Assembly (NCBI GenBank): GCA_030614005.1
Contig: JAUWKS010000005.1
Span: 1 to 32,000, forward strand
DNA length: 32,000 bases
Direction of reading: 5' to 3'
Source of the DNA: Candidatus Heimdallarchaeota archaeon
Lineage (GTDB): Archaea > Asgardarchaeota > Heimdallarchaeia > JABLTI01
Below the pieces are notes generated by a model. The model was not told the DNA's origin. It ran no database searches and saw only the letters and a list, made by a program, of their open reading frames with translations. A program made the translations under genes and the position numbers. Shown here one piece after another: positions 1 through 9,267 of the stretch; position 1 is the stretch's first letter; every line of letters starts with the position of its first letter.

Positions 1-105
1 AGAGAAGCAATCGTAAATTGTTACTTCTTCTTCCATTCCAAGAAGATGTTTTGCTAAATGATGTCCGATAAATCCTGCTCCACCAGTTATCAAGAAATTA
101 GTCAA
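1..105 (-). CDS. NAD-dependent epimerase/dehydratase (extended SDR), N-terminal fragment; gene runs off the left edge
   Basis: Not in the ORF track. Reverse strand from TTG at 105 reads MTNFLITGGAGFIGHHLAKHLLGMEEEVTIYDCFS, containing the TGGAGFIG Rossmann motif. An in-frame TGA lies just upstream and GAGCTGA (SD-like) is 6 nt before the TTG. Confidence 0.85.
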   Translation of the reverse strand, partial: MTNFLITGGAGFIGHHLAKHLLGMEEEVTIYDCFS

Positions 106-243
106 TTTTTGTCAGCTCTTTCAGTGAATTCAACCATTCACTTGAAAATTTCCTTTTTAAAGAGCTAAACTGACAAAAATAGTGATAAAAATACCACCTA
201 AAAAAAAGAAAGAGAAAATGTGAGGAAGTTTATACGAAACGGT

Positions 244-1020
244 TTATTCCGGATCGTAAGTTTTGTCTAATGCCTCACCAATTCGACAATTTTCACCAGC
301 ATTCATTTTTGGACAAATGACTTTTTCAGCGATAACATAGTCAATATCAATTTTATTTTGTGAGATAATTTCCTTTACTCGTAGATATGCGACATTTCTT
401 GCTTTTTTATCAATGTCGATTTTTATTTTGTTTGCTTGTAGTTTTCCATTGATGAATGAAGGTCCCGATATTTTTAATTCAAAACTTTCGCACTCAATAT
501 CTTCATCTACTTCAATTGACCCTCGAGCGATTATCGATTTCTCTACTTTAACATTTCTTTTTGAAGTAAAACCACCAATAGCGATTAAATTTTCTGCTTC
601 AATTTTTCGATCTGAAACAAGCCCGCCTTCTACATCAATTAGACCGTCAACTTTTATTTCTCCGCCTGCTTTCACTCCACCTTTTACTTCAAGAGTTGCT
701 GATTTTATTCCTTCGCCAATGTCAACTCCTCCATAAACAACAATTTCTCTTCCTTGAAATTTCCCTCCAGCAGTTACTCCACCTTTAATGTTGACTTCAT
801 TTTCAGCAATAATATCTGCTCCTACGGATATTCCACCTAAAACTTCAATATCGTTCACCCAGAGACTGCCATCAACTTTTATTGATCCTTTTATATTCAC
901 GTCATTTGCGTTTAAACTTCCTCTGCAAATCAGTCCGCCTAAAATGCGCACTTGGTCAAAGTCTCCATCTCCATCTATTACAATTCCTGCTAATCCTTTT
1001 AGGTCAGGCTTCTTACTCAT
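244..1020 (-). CDS. Bactofilin-like (polymer-forming cytoskeletal) beta-helix repeat protein
   Basis: Nine tandem 17-18 aa repeats of the type VxIxGGxxxGGxIxAxx. Start moved to ATG 1020 (MSKKPDL) because the ORF-track GTG at 1029 is part of the SD AGGTG, 6 nt upstream. Confidence 0.7.
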   Translation of the reverse strand: MSKKPDLKGLAGIVIDGDGDFDQVRILGGLICRGSLNANDVNIKGSIKVDGSLWVNDIEVLGGISVGADIIAENEVNIKGGVTAGGKFQGREIVVYGGVDIGEGIKSATLEVKGGVKAGGEIKVDGLIDVEGGLVSDRKIEAENLIAIGGFTSKRNVKVEKSIIARGSIEVDEDIECESFELKISGPSFINGKLQANKIKIDIDKKARNVAYLRVKEIISQNKIDIDYVIAEKVICPKMNAGENCRIGEALDKTYDPE

Positions 1021-1228
1021 TTTTAACACCTAATTTCTAACTATCTATTTTTTCACTTTGATATGAGTAGCTTTTCTTGAATAAAAATTAATCGAATTAC
1101 ACTTCATTTTCCTACTAGTTTTAACCTCAAATATTTAACAATTATTTTCTAGAACCAATTACTTTAAATGCTCGAATAATATTTATCTAATATTTACAAT
1201 AAAGTTGTTATAATCAGGTGAAGAAAAG

Positions 1229-1975
1229 ATGTACTTTAGTCACCCAACCAATTATGCTTATCTTATTGGCGGAGCCGTTGCAATTATTGTCAGTATTGTA
1301 ATTCTAGCCAAAGATATCCGTCTTCCCCTGAATATTCTATTCGCAAGTTCTTTGTTCTTCTTTGGTAATTCTTTGTTGTTCAATGCTTTAACCTATCTCT
1401 TTACAACTGACCAAGGTGCTGTAAACTACATTCGAGATGTTTCTACAATTAGTGGGGGGGTTGGCGCATTCCTTGCTTTTATTACTGCTTTTACAATGTA
1501 CAAAGGATTACATTATCTCAAGAAATGGTACTTTATCATTCCAACCGTATTGGTATGCATAGTTGATATTGCAATAGGAGCAATTTTTGATACAGTAGTA
1601 CCTGATCCTGACCTAGGAGGAATAAAAACAACTCAAAAACCTTGGGTAATGATCTTTCTTTATGGGATACCTGTACTCATGCTAATTTTAACAAACATCT
1701 ATTTTTTCCATACAAGAAAAGAGGTAGAAGAACCAATAGTTAAAAAACGAATTTTATTTTTTATTCTTGGATTTCTTTTTATGATTTTAGGTGTTTTAAT
1801 ATATGCTATATTTGGCATATTAGAACAAGTCTTCAGTTACTCCTCTCCTACTGTTGAATTTATAACTTGGATTTTTGCTTCTTTATCTTGGGTTGCTGGT
1901 CCAATATTAATGTTAATAGGGTTTTACATCGGAAAAATCAGCAAAGATTCTGTGGAAGAGATACAAGTACAATAA
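1229..1975 (+). CDS. Stand-alone 7-TM membrane protein resembling the HisKA_7TM sensor input domain
   Basis: Seven hydrophobic segments; KDIRLPLNILF after TM1 and KKRILFFILG before TM6 resemble HisKA_7TM-type sensors; no cytoplasmic kinase domain. SD GGTGA 7 nt before ATG. Confidence 0.55.
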   Translation: MYFSHPTNYAYLIGGAVAIIVSIVILAKDIRLPLNILFASSLFFFGNSLLFNALTYLFTTDQGAVNYIRDVSTISGGVGAFLAFITAFTMYKGLHYLKKWYFIIPTVLVCIVDIAIGAIFDTVVPDPDLGGIKTTQKPWVMIFLYGIPVLMLILTNIYFFHTRKEVEEPIVKKRILFFILGFLFMILGVLIYAIFGILEQVFSYSSPTVEFITWIFASLSWVAGPILMLIGFYIGKISKDSVEEIQVQ

Positions 1976-2146
1976 TAATAGTTTTTTTATTTTTTTAGCT
2001 TGAAGTTTAGAATATATATTATTATTTGTCGGTTCTTCAACAGTTTAATTGCAACACTTTATAAATATTTGAAGGTAATAGTAATGTATGCATGCAAGTG
2101 TTCTTCTTGCCTTGCTAGAAAATTAGCACTAAACGGTGAAATTATT

Positions 2147-3772
2147 TTGAGGTCGAAAAATCTAGTATTGATAACCTTAGTTCTCTTAATGCTCACACCA
2201 ATCTTTGCAGTTAGTAGCAGAAACGTACCAGATTATACGTACACTACACCTGATGATTGGGATTCGAGCGTAGGCGTAACTCCAGGGTTAACAATCAAAT
2301 ATAATATTAATGAGTTAGTTGCTCCCGCGATGGAAAATGTAACTATTCCAGATCTTGCTGGCAATCAACTCTATGTAAAGGTTATGTCCGTAGAAAATGA
2401 CATTGACTTCTCTTCAGCAGATACCGGAGTTCTCATTCGCTATGGATTGGGTATTATCTTTTCCACTGATACTACATTCTCCATTGGAGAAGGTTTTACA
2501 GCAATTGATGTTACTTTACCAGCTGGTTCAGCAACCCCAGCTATAGTTATCCCAGGTGTTCCCCATTTCAACGCTACATATGCAGCTACTTCACTATTCT
2601 TCTTGAATAATGATTGGTCAGAGCATGCAGCAGTGTTCAATTTCCTTGGATTTGTTGTTGATGATACTGTTGATGAATTAGCTGTCTCATTAGTGAATGG
2701 TACAGGATCCATTTCCGCAAGTTGGAGAAAATCAGATGGTATCCTAACTTCTATGATGATTGATGATATTGTAATAATGGGTATGGATTATACCGGAATG
2801 ACTATGGATATTAGTTTAGCTTCAGTTGCAGACAAAGCGCTAGCTGTCGCTGTTGGTGATGAAATCATTTTATCAAATGAAATTGCTACTATGGACATTA
2901 CAGGCACTGGTGATTTGTATTCACTAATGAATCAAACTCAATTGACATCCATTGAAACTGAATTTGAAGCAGTTCAAGATGAGATAATGCTAAAATACAT
3001 TGTCACAGAAGTTGAAGGACTTTATTACAAATGTGATGCCTTCATGTATGATTTTGAAACAAAATCATTAGTTGCTTCAGATCTTCCTGTTGTTTTCAAT
3101 GGCTTTTTGGGTGCAATTGATCTCCAAGATCCACCTATGATTTATAATGCGCTATTTGACAAATATACAACAAAAGGACCTGTTGCTACAGCAACATTTA
3201 TTCCAGCTGTTGCACCCGTAATAACTCCTGATTTTGATATCTACGGGGGATATTTAGTACTCGCAGATACCATTGTAGGCGTCTATTTGGATGACATATT
3301 GGACTTCATTCCATCAACAGATCTTGGTGGAGTTACTATCAATACCATTGATGGAGACTTTTGGATGTCTGAGAAAAGAGGTTATTACTACTTCCAAGAA
3401 TCACTCAATGCTGATATTTCGTTGGAACTTGATCAAGTTGTAGCTAGTCCTTTCACAGCAAATATGGCACTCACTTTTGATATTGATGCAACTCTCATAG
3501 AAGAAGGTTGGTTAGGATATCACGAATCTGGCGTTGTCGCAGGAATGCGTATGAAATTAGATGTTTCAATAGAAGTAACTTCTGAGTATTCTGTTTCAGG
3601 ATTACCAACTGGTAAATTGACAATCAGTGTTGACTTTAAGGTAACAAATCCAGATTATAATCCTCGAGACCCAATGGGTGGAGGCGTTATCCCAGGTTAT
3701 ACTTGGTTAGTAGCAATTCCAGCTTTGCTTGGTCTTGCAGCTGTTGGGTTAATCTCTCGTAGAAGAAAATAG
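2147..3772 (+). CDS. Secreted cell-surface (S-layer-like) glycoprotein with C-terminal PGF/PGY-CTERM-type sorting signal
   Basis: Start moved to TTG 2147 (SD GGTGA 7 nt upstream), giving the signal peptide MRSKNLVLITLVLLMLTPIFAVSS. Acidic, beta-rich body with sequons NVT, NAT, NGT, NQT. C-terminus is IPGY + hydrophobic helix + RRRK. Confidence 0.75.
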   Translation: MRSKNLVLITLVLLMLTPIFAVSSRNVPDYTYTTPDDWDSSVGVTPGLTIKYNINELVAPAMENVTIPDLAGNQLYVKVMSVENDIDFSSADTGVLIRYGLGIIFSTDTTFSIGEGFTAIDVTLPAGSATPAIVIPGVPHFNATYAATSLFFLNNDWSEHAAVFNFLGFVVDDTVDELAVSLVNGTGSISASWRKSDGILTSMMIDDIVIMGMDYTGMTMDISLASVADKALAVAVGDEIILSNEIATMDITGTGDLYSLMNQTQLTSIETEFEAVQDEIMLKYIVTEVEGLYYKCDAFMYDFETKSLVASDLPVVFNGFLGAIDLQDPPMIYNALFDKYTTKGPVATATFIPAVAPVITPDFDIYGGYLVLADTIVGVYLDDILDFIPSTDLGGVTINTIDGDFWMSEKRGYYYFQESLNADISLELDQVVASPFTANMALTFDIDATLIEEGWLGYHESGVVAGMRMKLDVSIEVTSEYSVSGLPTGKLTISVDFKVTNPDYNPRDPMGGGVIPGYTWLVAIPALLGLAAVGLISRRRK

Positions 3773-3788
3773 TTTTAGCATATTAAAA

Positions 3789-3827
3789 GTGCGAAAATTT
3801 CGCACCTCTCTTTTTTCTTTTTTTTTT
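3789..3827 (+). terminator. Inverted repeat followed by a long T-tract downstream of the surface-protein gene
   Basis: GTGCGAAA-A-TTTCGCAC (perfect 8-bp inverted repeat, 3789-3805) followed by T6-C-T10 (3811-3827), starting 16 nt after the stop codon. Confidence 0.6.
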
Positions 3828-3969
3828 ATCTTTATCATCTATTTTTGAATTTAGCTCTTTTTAAATTAAATTTAGTTAGTGTTTCAATGAAAAGGAGTAT
3901 CTAATATCTCAAGTATAGTATTTGCCTCTGCTTTAGGGATTTTGTGAGTAGACAATATTAGAATAGTCT

Positions 3970-5424
3970 GTGAACAAATTGGCTTCGGAAATTGATGATA
4001 CCACTGCTGAACTGCATAAGTTCAATCATTTTTGGAATGTAATTTCAGATGGTCCAAGAAAACTATGGATGAAACCAGAAGCAAGGATTATTTTTCTACT
4101 ATTACTTGCTCGTTTCGTGTTTGTTGTTTTCACTCATTGGGGTATGGATTTTGATTTCTATATTGAAATCTCTGAAAGAATTTTCAATGGAGAACAACTT
4201 TATGTTGATATTGATTCAACGCACATGCCCTTAGTTGATCTAATTTATCTCGCAATGTACACTATTTGTCCTTGGAAAGGAAGTATTGTTGCAGTACGCA
4301 TTTTTCTTAAATTTCCTTTTCTACTATCTGATATTGGAATTGCATTAGCGGTAATGAAAATTATTGAATTTGAATGTAAAAAAGAGTTTACTGAGAATAA
4401 TGAATTGACTACTGAGCAATTAGCAAGCATTCGAAAAGCCAAATTGATTGCAGGTTATTTTGTTGCTTTTAGTTTACCACTGATCTTTCAAACTGGTGGG
4501 GGAAGATACGATAGTTTGTTGATATTCTGTTTTACAATGGTAGTTTATTATCTTCAAAGAAAGAATTGGTTTGGAGTAGCTTTTTTTGCTGCTTTAGGCA
4601 CTTCTGTAAAATATATAGGGATCATTTTCCTTCCCTTTGTTATTTTCTGGATGCGCAAAGAAGATTTCAAACCATTTATTTTTGGTTTACTTCTCGGCTT
4701 TTTACCAATTTATCCTTTTCTTATTATTTGTCCAGAAGCTTTCATCAGAACTATCATAAATCGTAGTAGCCATATCGCTTATGGTTTTGCTTTATGGCAT
4801 GCTATTTATATTATTTGGAATAACTTTTCCATAAAATACGTTGGTGATATTGAAGCTACATATGATACTAGTGATGAACCTTGGTTTGTTAAAGATCTCT
4901 ATATGCCAGTTTTCATTGCTGTTTATTCACTTATTTTTGTTTTTTATGTAATAAAATGGTGGAAGACTATGCGCTCTGAATCTATTGATCAACAATCACT
5001 TTCTACAATTACTAGTTTAGTTTTCATCCCACTGCTTATTTTTAGTTTAACTTTCAAAGCAATTAATATCCAAGTTTTGGCTTGGTTCATACCTTATATT
5101 GCATTGCATAAAAAACTCGATTTGGCTTTGGAATACACTTTTCTAACTTTAATAAATGGTGCTGGTTTGATTATCTACGGAGCTTATGATCCAATTTCTT
5201 TTGCTAAATTAATTGCTCTAGCAGCTGGAGAAGGATCTTTGTTCAACATTATTTTGATTCAACCAATAATATATATTCAAGAGCATACTTCAGAAAAAAT
5301 TTGGGCTACTGTTATTTTTATCTCAATTATCTGGTTTCTAGTTAGAACTTTAGCTGAATTATTACTTTGTTCAAAGGAGTTGCTTTCAAATGCACCAAAA
5401 CTAAAACCTACTCTGAGCTTGTAG
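3970..5424 (+). CDS. GT-C fold multi-pass membrane glycosyltransferase (GT87/DUF2029/PIG-M-like)
   Basis: Polytopic protein with an acidic motif after TM1 (WGMDFDFY...NGEQLY), KFPFLLSDIG, GRYDSLLIF and ALGTSVKYIGIIFLP, matching the pattern of lipid-linked-sugar-dependent GT-C transferases. Confidence 0.7.
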   Translation: MNKLASEIDDTTAELHKFNHFWNVISDGPRKLWMKPEARIIFLLLLARFVFVVFTHWGMDFDFYIEISERIFNGEQLYVDIDSTHMPLVDLIYLAMYTICPWKGSIVAVRIFLKFPFLLSDIGIALAVMKIIEFECKKEFTENNELTTEQLASIRKAKLIAGYFVAFSLPLIFQTGGGRYDSLLIFCFTMVVYYLQRKNWFGVAFFAALGTSVKYIGIIFLPFVIFWMRKEDFKPFIFGLLLGFLPIYPFLIICPEAFIRTIINRSSHIAYGFALWHAIYIIWNNFSIKYVGDIEATYDTSDEPWFVKDLYMPVFIAVYSLIFVFYVIKWWKTMRSESIDQQSLSTITSLVFIPLLIFSLTFKAINIQVLAWFIPYIALHKKLDLALEYTFLTLINGAGLIIYGAYDPISFAKLIALAAGEGSLFNIILIQPIIYIQEHTSEKIWATVIFISIIWFLVRTLAELLLCSKELLSNAPKLKPTLSL

Positions 5425-5506
5425 ATTGGTGATTTTTCTTTTTCAGCTTAAAAATTCAAATGATTTCTAAATGTTTATTATAGCTTAGTATTAAGAGGAT
5501 AGTATT

Positions 5507-6469
5507 ATGGCTCAATGTAATTATCTTGGTTGTGAGCGAAAAGAAGCACTACCTTTCAAATGCAAATATTGTGGTAAATCTTTCTGTACGAAACATCGTC
5601 TGCCAGAAAATCATGCCTGTGAACAATTACATTTGAGCAAATCACCTATCTCTATTGTGAGTAAATCTGAAATTGCCACTAAAAAGCAGGTTGATGTTAA
5701 ATCTTCAGATGCTCCTCCAAAAGATCAACGATTTACGACTTATGATTTTAATGATGATGATTCACAATATTATGGACAAGGTTCAGACGGTACAGTTTAT
5801 AATATAAAACCAACCGAGAGACAGACACAAAGAAGAGCTATTTTTTCCCAAGTGGGTGATTCGTTTACAACAGGTAAAGAATTCCTAGATATTATAATAG
5901 GCTCTCTAATTGTTATGCTTTCTTTTGGATTCACTGCCATTTTAATGTCTGGTGTTCGTTGGGCTTTTTCAGGTTTTCTTATTGGAATTATTTTAGTGTC
6001 ATACCTCTCTACAATAATTCCACAAAAATTACTTGCCAAGAGATTTGGGTACACATCACGATATATGCTCACAAAACTTGGTCTGCTGCTTTCTTTTTTT
6101 ACCATTATCTCTCCGGTAAAGTACCTAAGTCCTGGAATGTTGATGATTCCCGAGCTAGATTTTATAGCTAAGAAAAGAAGTGGTTTAATAAGTGCAATTG
6201 GATTATTAATCAATATTACTCTTGGAATAATCTTTATTATTCTCGGAATACTTTTAGCTGAACCCTCAATTGCAATTCTAATGCTCACTGGTGCATTTAT
6301 CACTTCACAACTAACCATTTTGAGATTAATTCCGATGCGTTTCTTACCTGGTAAGAGAATTTTGAATTGGAGTTGGCCTTTATTTACAATTATGCTAGTA
6401 TTAACATTAGCTATCTTTATCTTATCAATTCTATTTGGAGTACTGGGTGTAAAAATTATCTCCATCTAA
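5507..6469 (+). CDS. AN1-type zinc finger fused to a degenerate M50 (site-2 protease)-like membrane domain
   Basis: N-terminus CxxxxC...FKCKYCGKSFCTKHRLPENHAC is a zf-AN1 pattern. The membrane part follows the archaeal M50 layout (QKLLAKRFG, GLISAIGLLIN, RLIPMRFLPGKRI) but lacks HExxH and the NxxPxxxxDG Asp. SD GAGG present. Confidence 0.7.
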   Translation: MAQCNYLGCERKEALPFKCKYCGKSFCTKHRLPENHACEQLHLSKSPISIVSKSEIATKKQVDVKSSDAPPKDQRFTTYDFNDDDSQYYGQGSDGTVYNIKPTERQTQRRAIFSQVGDSFTTGKEFLDIIIGSLIVMLSFGFTAILMSGVRWAFSGFLIGIILVSYLSTIIPQKLLAKRFGYTSRYMLTKLGLLLSFFTIISPVKYLSPGMLMIPELDFIAKKRSGLISAIGLLINITLGIIFIILGILLAEPSIAILMLTGAFITSQLTILRLIPMRFLPGKRILNWSWPLFTIMLVLTLAIFILSILFGVLGVKIISI

Positions 6470-9267
6470 TTTCTGATTGCTATTGCAATGTTCTCTTTTG
6501 AAAATTTATATATGGATGGTAGAATTGTCAATGAAGATATTAGCAATAGAGTAAAAACAAATATTGGTATTCCAATGTAATCGAAAGAAAATGAAAAGGG
6601 TAGAATGTTATGACTAGTAAAAATCGGTCGATTTATTCCAATTGATAATACTGCACAAGGTATTCCAATAATTAATCCAGTAATGATTGCTACAAAATTA
6701 ACAATGAATAATTCGTTCAAAATTAAAGTCAAGAGATTTTTATTAGAATTCCCGATAGTATTCAAAATAGCATTGTATTGTTTTCTTTGTGATAATAGGA
6801 ACTCTAAATTTGAAACTATTATTATTATTGCTACAATATTTATCAATATAATTTGAGATATTATAAACGCATTTACTCCTGGAATATAGAGATTGATATA
6901 TTGACCAATGAATTGCTCGTTGATAATCTCAGGATTTATGGTTAAAATATCGTTAAGTGTTAGTAGTTCTTCAAGAACATCATCAAAATTTGTGTCCTCT
7001 GTTTGTTTTGCAAAGAAAAGATTTGTATCAGAAACGGCATAGTCTATTTGCATCTTTCTCTGATTAACCAAAATGTATTCTTGACTTGTTTGCCCAATTT
7101 CGACATTTAAACCATAAGCCAAACCTAATCCTGGTGCAGAATGAATGATCCCTGAGACATTAAAAATTTCAATATAACTTCTATTTGGCATACCGGTTAC
7201 AGGGATGACTGAACCAATAGTTAGATTTAGTTTTTCAGCGAGAACATCACTTACTATAGCTCCATCTTGAGTGTTGTTCAATGTTCGCAAAGCAGTATCA
7301 ACATCTCCATTTTGAGCTGAGGCAATTTCCCATCGACCAATATTTAGATACTTTATTGGATCAATTCCAAAAACTGTAACACTATTGTAAATTAGCTTGC
7401 CTTCTGCACTAAACACTGACATGACATCATCTATTCCAGTGATGTTGCTTAAAGCATCAGCAAAGTCTGCGTCAACATAGGATGTTTGAATGCGAAAATC
7501 AGCTCCATTATTGTAATATTGTTCATCTGCATAATTTCTAGCGGTAGTTGTATATAAATTCAAATAGAAAATATTCACGCTTGCTAAAATAATTACCACT
7601 AAAAGTATTGAAGAGATCTTCGAGTTAGAACTTTTAAAAGTGTTCGCAAGAAAGAATGCATTATTTTTGAATAGCTTATCATAAATCCCTTTTATTTTTC
7701 CCAACATAGATCTCATTCCAACTGAGGCAATATATGAAAAGAGCAATACTAATAATATAATGAATAAGAATACAATCATATTTTGTTGCGTTTCTTCGAT
7801 GGTAAAATTAAATTCTTCATTAATGTCAATAAAAGATAAAATGCCAAAAGTAACAAGCAATGCAATAATTGATACAAGTGCTGCTGAGATAACAACTATT
7901 GTTGCTATTTTTTGAATTCTTGCTCGATTTCTTCTTTGGTGATCTTCTAAATCATTGTCGAAGACAATATTGAATTTTATTATTGCAAAAGTACCTGTAA
8001 TCAAGAGAGTGCTTAAACAAATATAGAATAACATTGAAAATGGAAACATCACACTACCAATAAATTCAGTAAATGTCAGCCAGGTAAACGAACCCGAGGC
8101 GAAAGCAGGTATTAAGCCAGCAATGACAAAGGAACTTGCTATGGAAATAATAAAACCAATAATTGCTAGAATTAGGAACTCCAGTAATAGAATACCAAAA
8201 ATCTGCCATTTTTCTCCTCCCCTTTCCTTGTATGTTTCAATCTGTTTCTTTCTTTTTTCAATTACAATATTGGTTGTGAATAATGAGAGTATTATACTTA
8301 TTACTACAACTGGAACAGCAAATATCAAGGCAGTTTTTGAGACACTGTAAGATTGTTCCAATTCTTTAGTGGGTGAATCCAGAATCATAGATTGAGATGA
8401 TTGGTAGGCAATTTTCAACCTACTTGCTAAATCTTGAATTTTCGGTAGAATTTGATCTATACCATCTCTTTTGAGTTCATTAATATCACACTTGACTAAC
8501 AGTTCGGGTTGTAAACCGTTTTGTTTCATTTCAGTTGTATGGTTTACCATATTTTCTGTAAGAAAAATAATTGAATCTTTTAGAAAAGTCTTAGGTAAGA
8601 CTTTTTGGATCATGGATATTGTTGGAATCGTTCGATAAATCCCTCTAATTGTTACGTTGTAGAAATGCTCAAGGTCACAATTGTATAGGTATACTTCTCC
8701 CAACTCTGGACCATTTTTTGCAATGCTAACATTCATTTTCATTCCTGGTTCAATTTCATATCCATATATCCTTTCAATTTCTTGGGCTTCAAATTCACTG
8801 ATTAGCACTTCATTTTCATTTAATTCAAAATCTCCTTTAACAAGGAATTGCGATTGGATTCTTTCTATCGCTTCCTTTGGCAGGAGTATTAGTGACGTTA
8901 AGGATACTGGGTCATTCATATCATCTTGGTCATCTTCTGGAGCAAATCGGTAAGTTACCGGCTTATCTTCAGCATTGAAAAAGGCAATGTTGTAGTAAAG
9001 TTCAGCTATTTCTCTAACAACAGGGTCATTTTCTAAGAAATCCTTGATATAAGGTAAATCATCATATAAGTAAGTTGTAACTTTTAATTCATAATCTTGA
9101 TCTACTAAAAAGTCTCGAGCAGCTAAATTTTCAGCTGTTGAAGACCACAATTGTAATGATAGCAATAAAGTGATTGAAATTACTATCCCCAATGTATAGA
9201 GTGTAGACTGCTTTTTATTATTTGAAATATTTTTCAAAGCTGAAGTGAAATAGAATTCAACGCCCAT
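6466..9267 (-). CDS. FtsX/MacB-family ABC transporter permease (two-lobed)
   Basis: 933 aa; N-terminal TM, large soluble domain, TM cluster with EKRKKQIETYKERGG, second soluble domain, and C-terminal TM cluster with SQRKQYNAILNTIGNS, the repeated FtsX 'R..E.....lG' pattern. Its stop overlaps the stop of the convergent AN1 gene. Confidence 0.8.
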   Translation of the reverse strand: MGVEFYFTSALKNISNNKKQSTLYTLGIVISITLLLSLQLWSSTAENLAARDFLVDQDYELKVTTYLYDDLPYIKDFLENDPVVREIAELYYNIAFFNAEDKPVTYRFAPEDDQDDMNDPVSLTSLILLPKEAIERIQSQFLVKGDFELNENEVLISEFEAQEIERIYGYEIEPGMKMNVSIAKNGPELGEVYLYNCDLEHFYNVTIRGIYRTIPTISMIQKVLPKTFLKDSIIFLTENMVNHTTEMKQNGLQPELLVKCDINELKRDGIDQILPKIQDLASRLKIAYQSSQSMILDSPTKELEQSYSVSKTALIFAVPVVVISIILSLFTTNIVIEKRKKQIETYKERGGEKWQIFGILLLEFLILAIIGFIISIASSFVIAGLIPAFASGSFTWLTFTEFIGSVMFPFSMLFYICLSTLLITGTFAIIKFNIVFDNDLEDHQRRNRARIQKIATIVVISAALVSIIALLVTFGILSFIDINEEFNFTIEETQQNMIVFLFIILLVLLFSYIASVGMRSMLGKIKGIYDKLFKNNAFFLANTFKSSNSKISSILLVVIILASVNIFYLNLYTTTARNYADEQYYNNGADFRIQTSYVDADFADALSNITGIDDVMSVFSAEGKLIYNSVTVFGIDPIKYLNIGRWEIASAQNGDVDTALRTLNNTQDGAIVSDVLAEKLNLTIGSVIPVTGMPNRSYIEIFNVSGIIHSAPGLGLAYGLNVEIGQTSQEYILVNQRKMQIDYAVSDTNLFFAKQTEDTNFDDVLEELLTLNDILTINPEIINEQFIGQYINLYIPGVNAFIISQIILINIVAIIIIVSNLEFLLSQRKQYNAILNTIGNSNKNLLTLILNELFIVNFVAIITGLIIGIPCAVLSIGINRPIFTSHNILPFSFSFDYIGIPIFVFTLLLISSLTILPSIYKFSKENIAIAIRN

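Noticed and set aside
413-1033. Plus-strand ORFs 413-736 and 788-1033, and the other antisense or nested ORFs in the track (e.g. 2440-2712, 5797-6465, 8123-8350, 14172-14384, 20848-21213, 26114-27079)
   Set aside because: They are shadows of well-supported genes on the opposite strand or in another frame, with no motifs or SD sites.
1229-1975. 7TM protein as a rhodopsin (helio-/schizorhodopsin)
   Set aside because: No retinal-binding Lys in TM7 (FITWIFASLSWVAGPILMLIGFY).
2000-2146. N-terminal 49 codons of the 590-aa ORF
   Set aside because: They place the signal peptide internally; TTG 2147 has an ideally spaced GGTGA SD.
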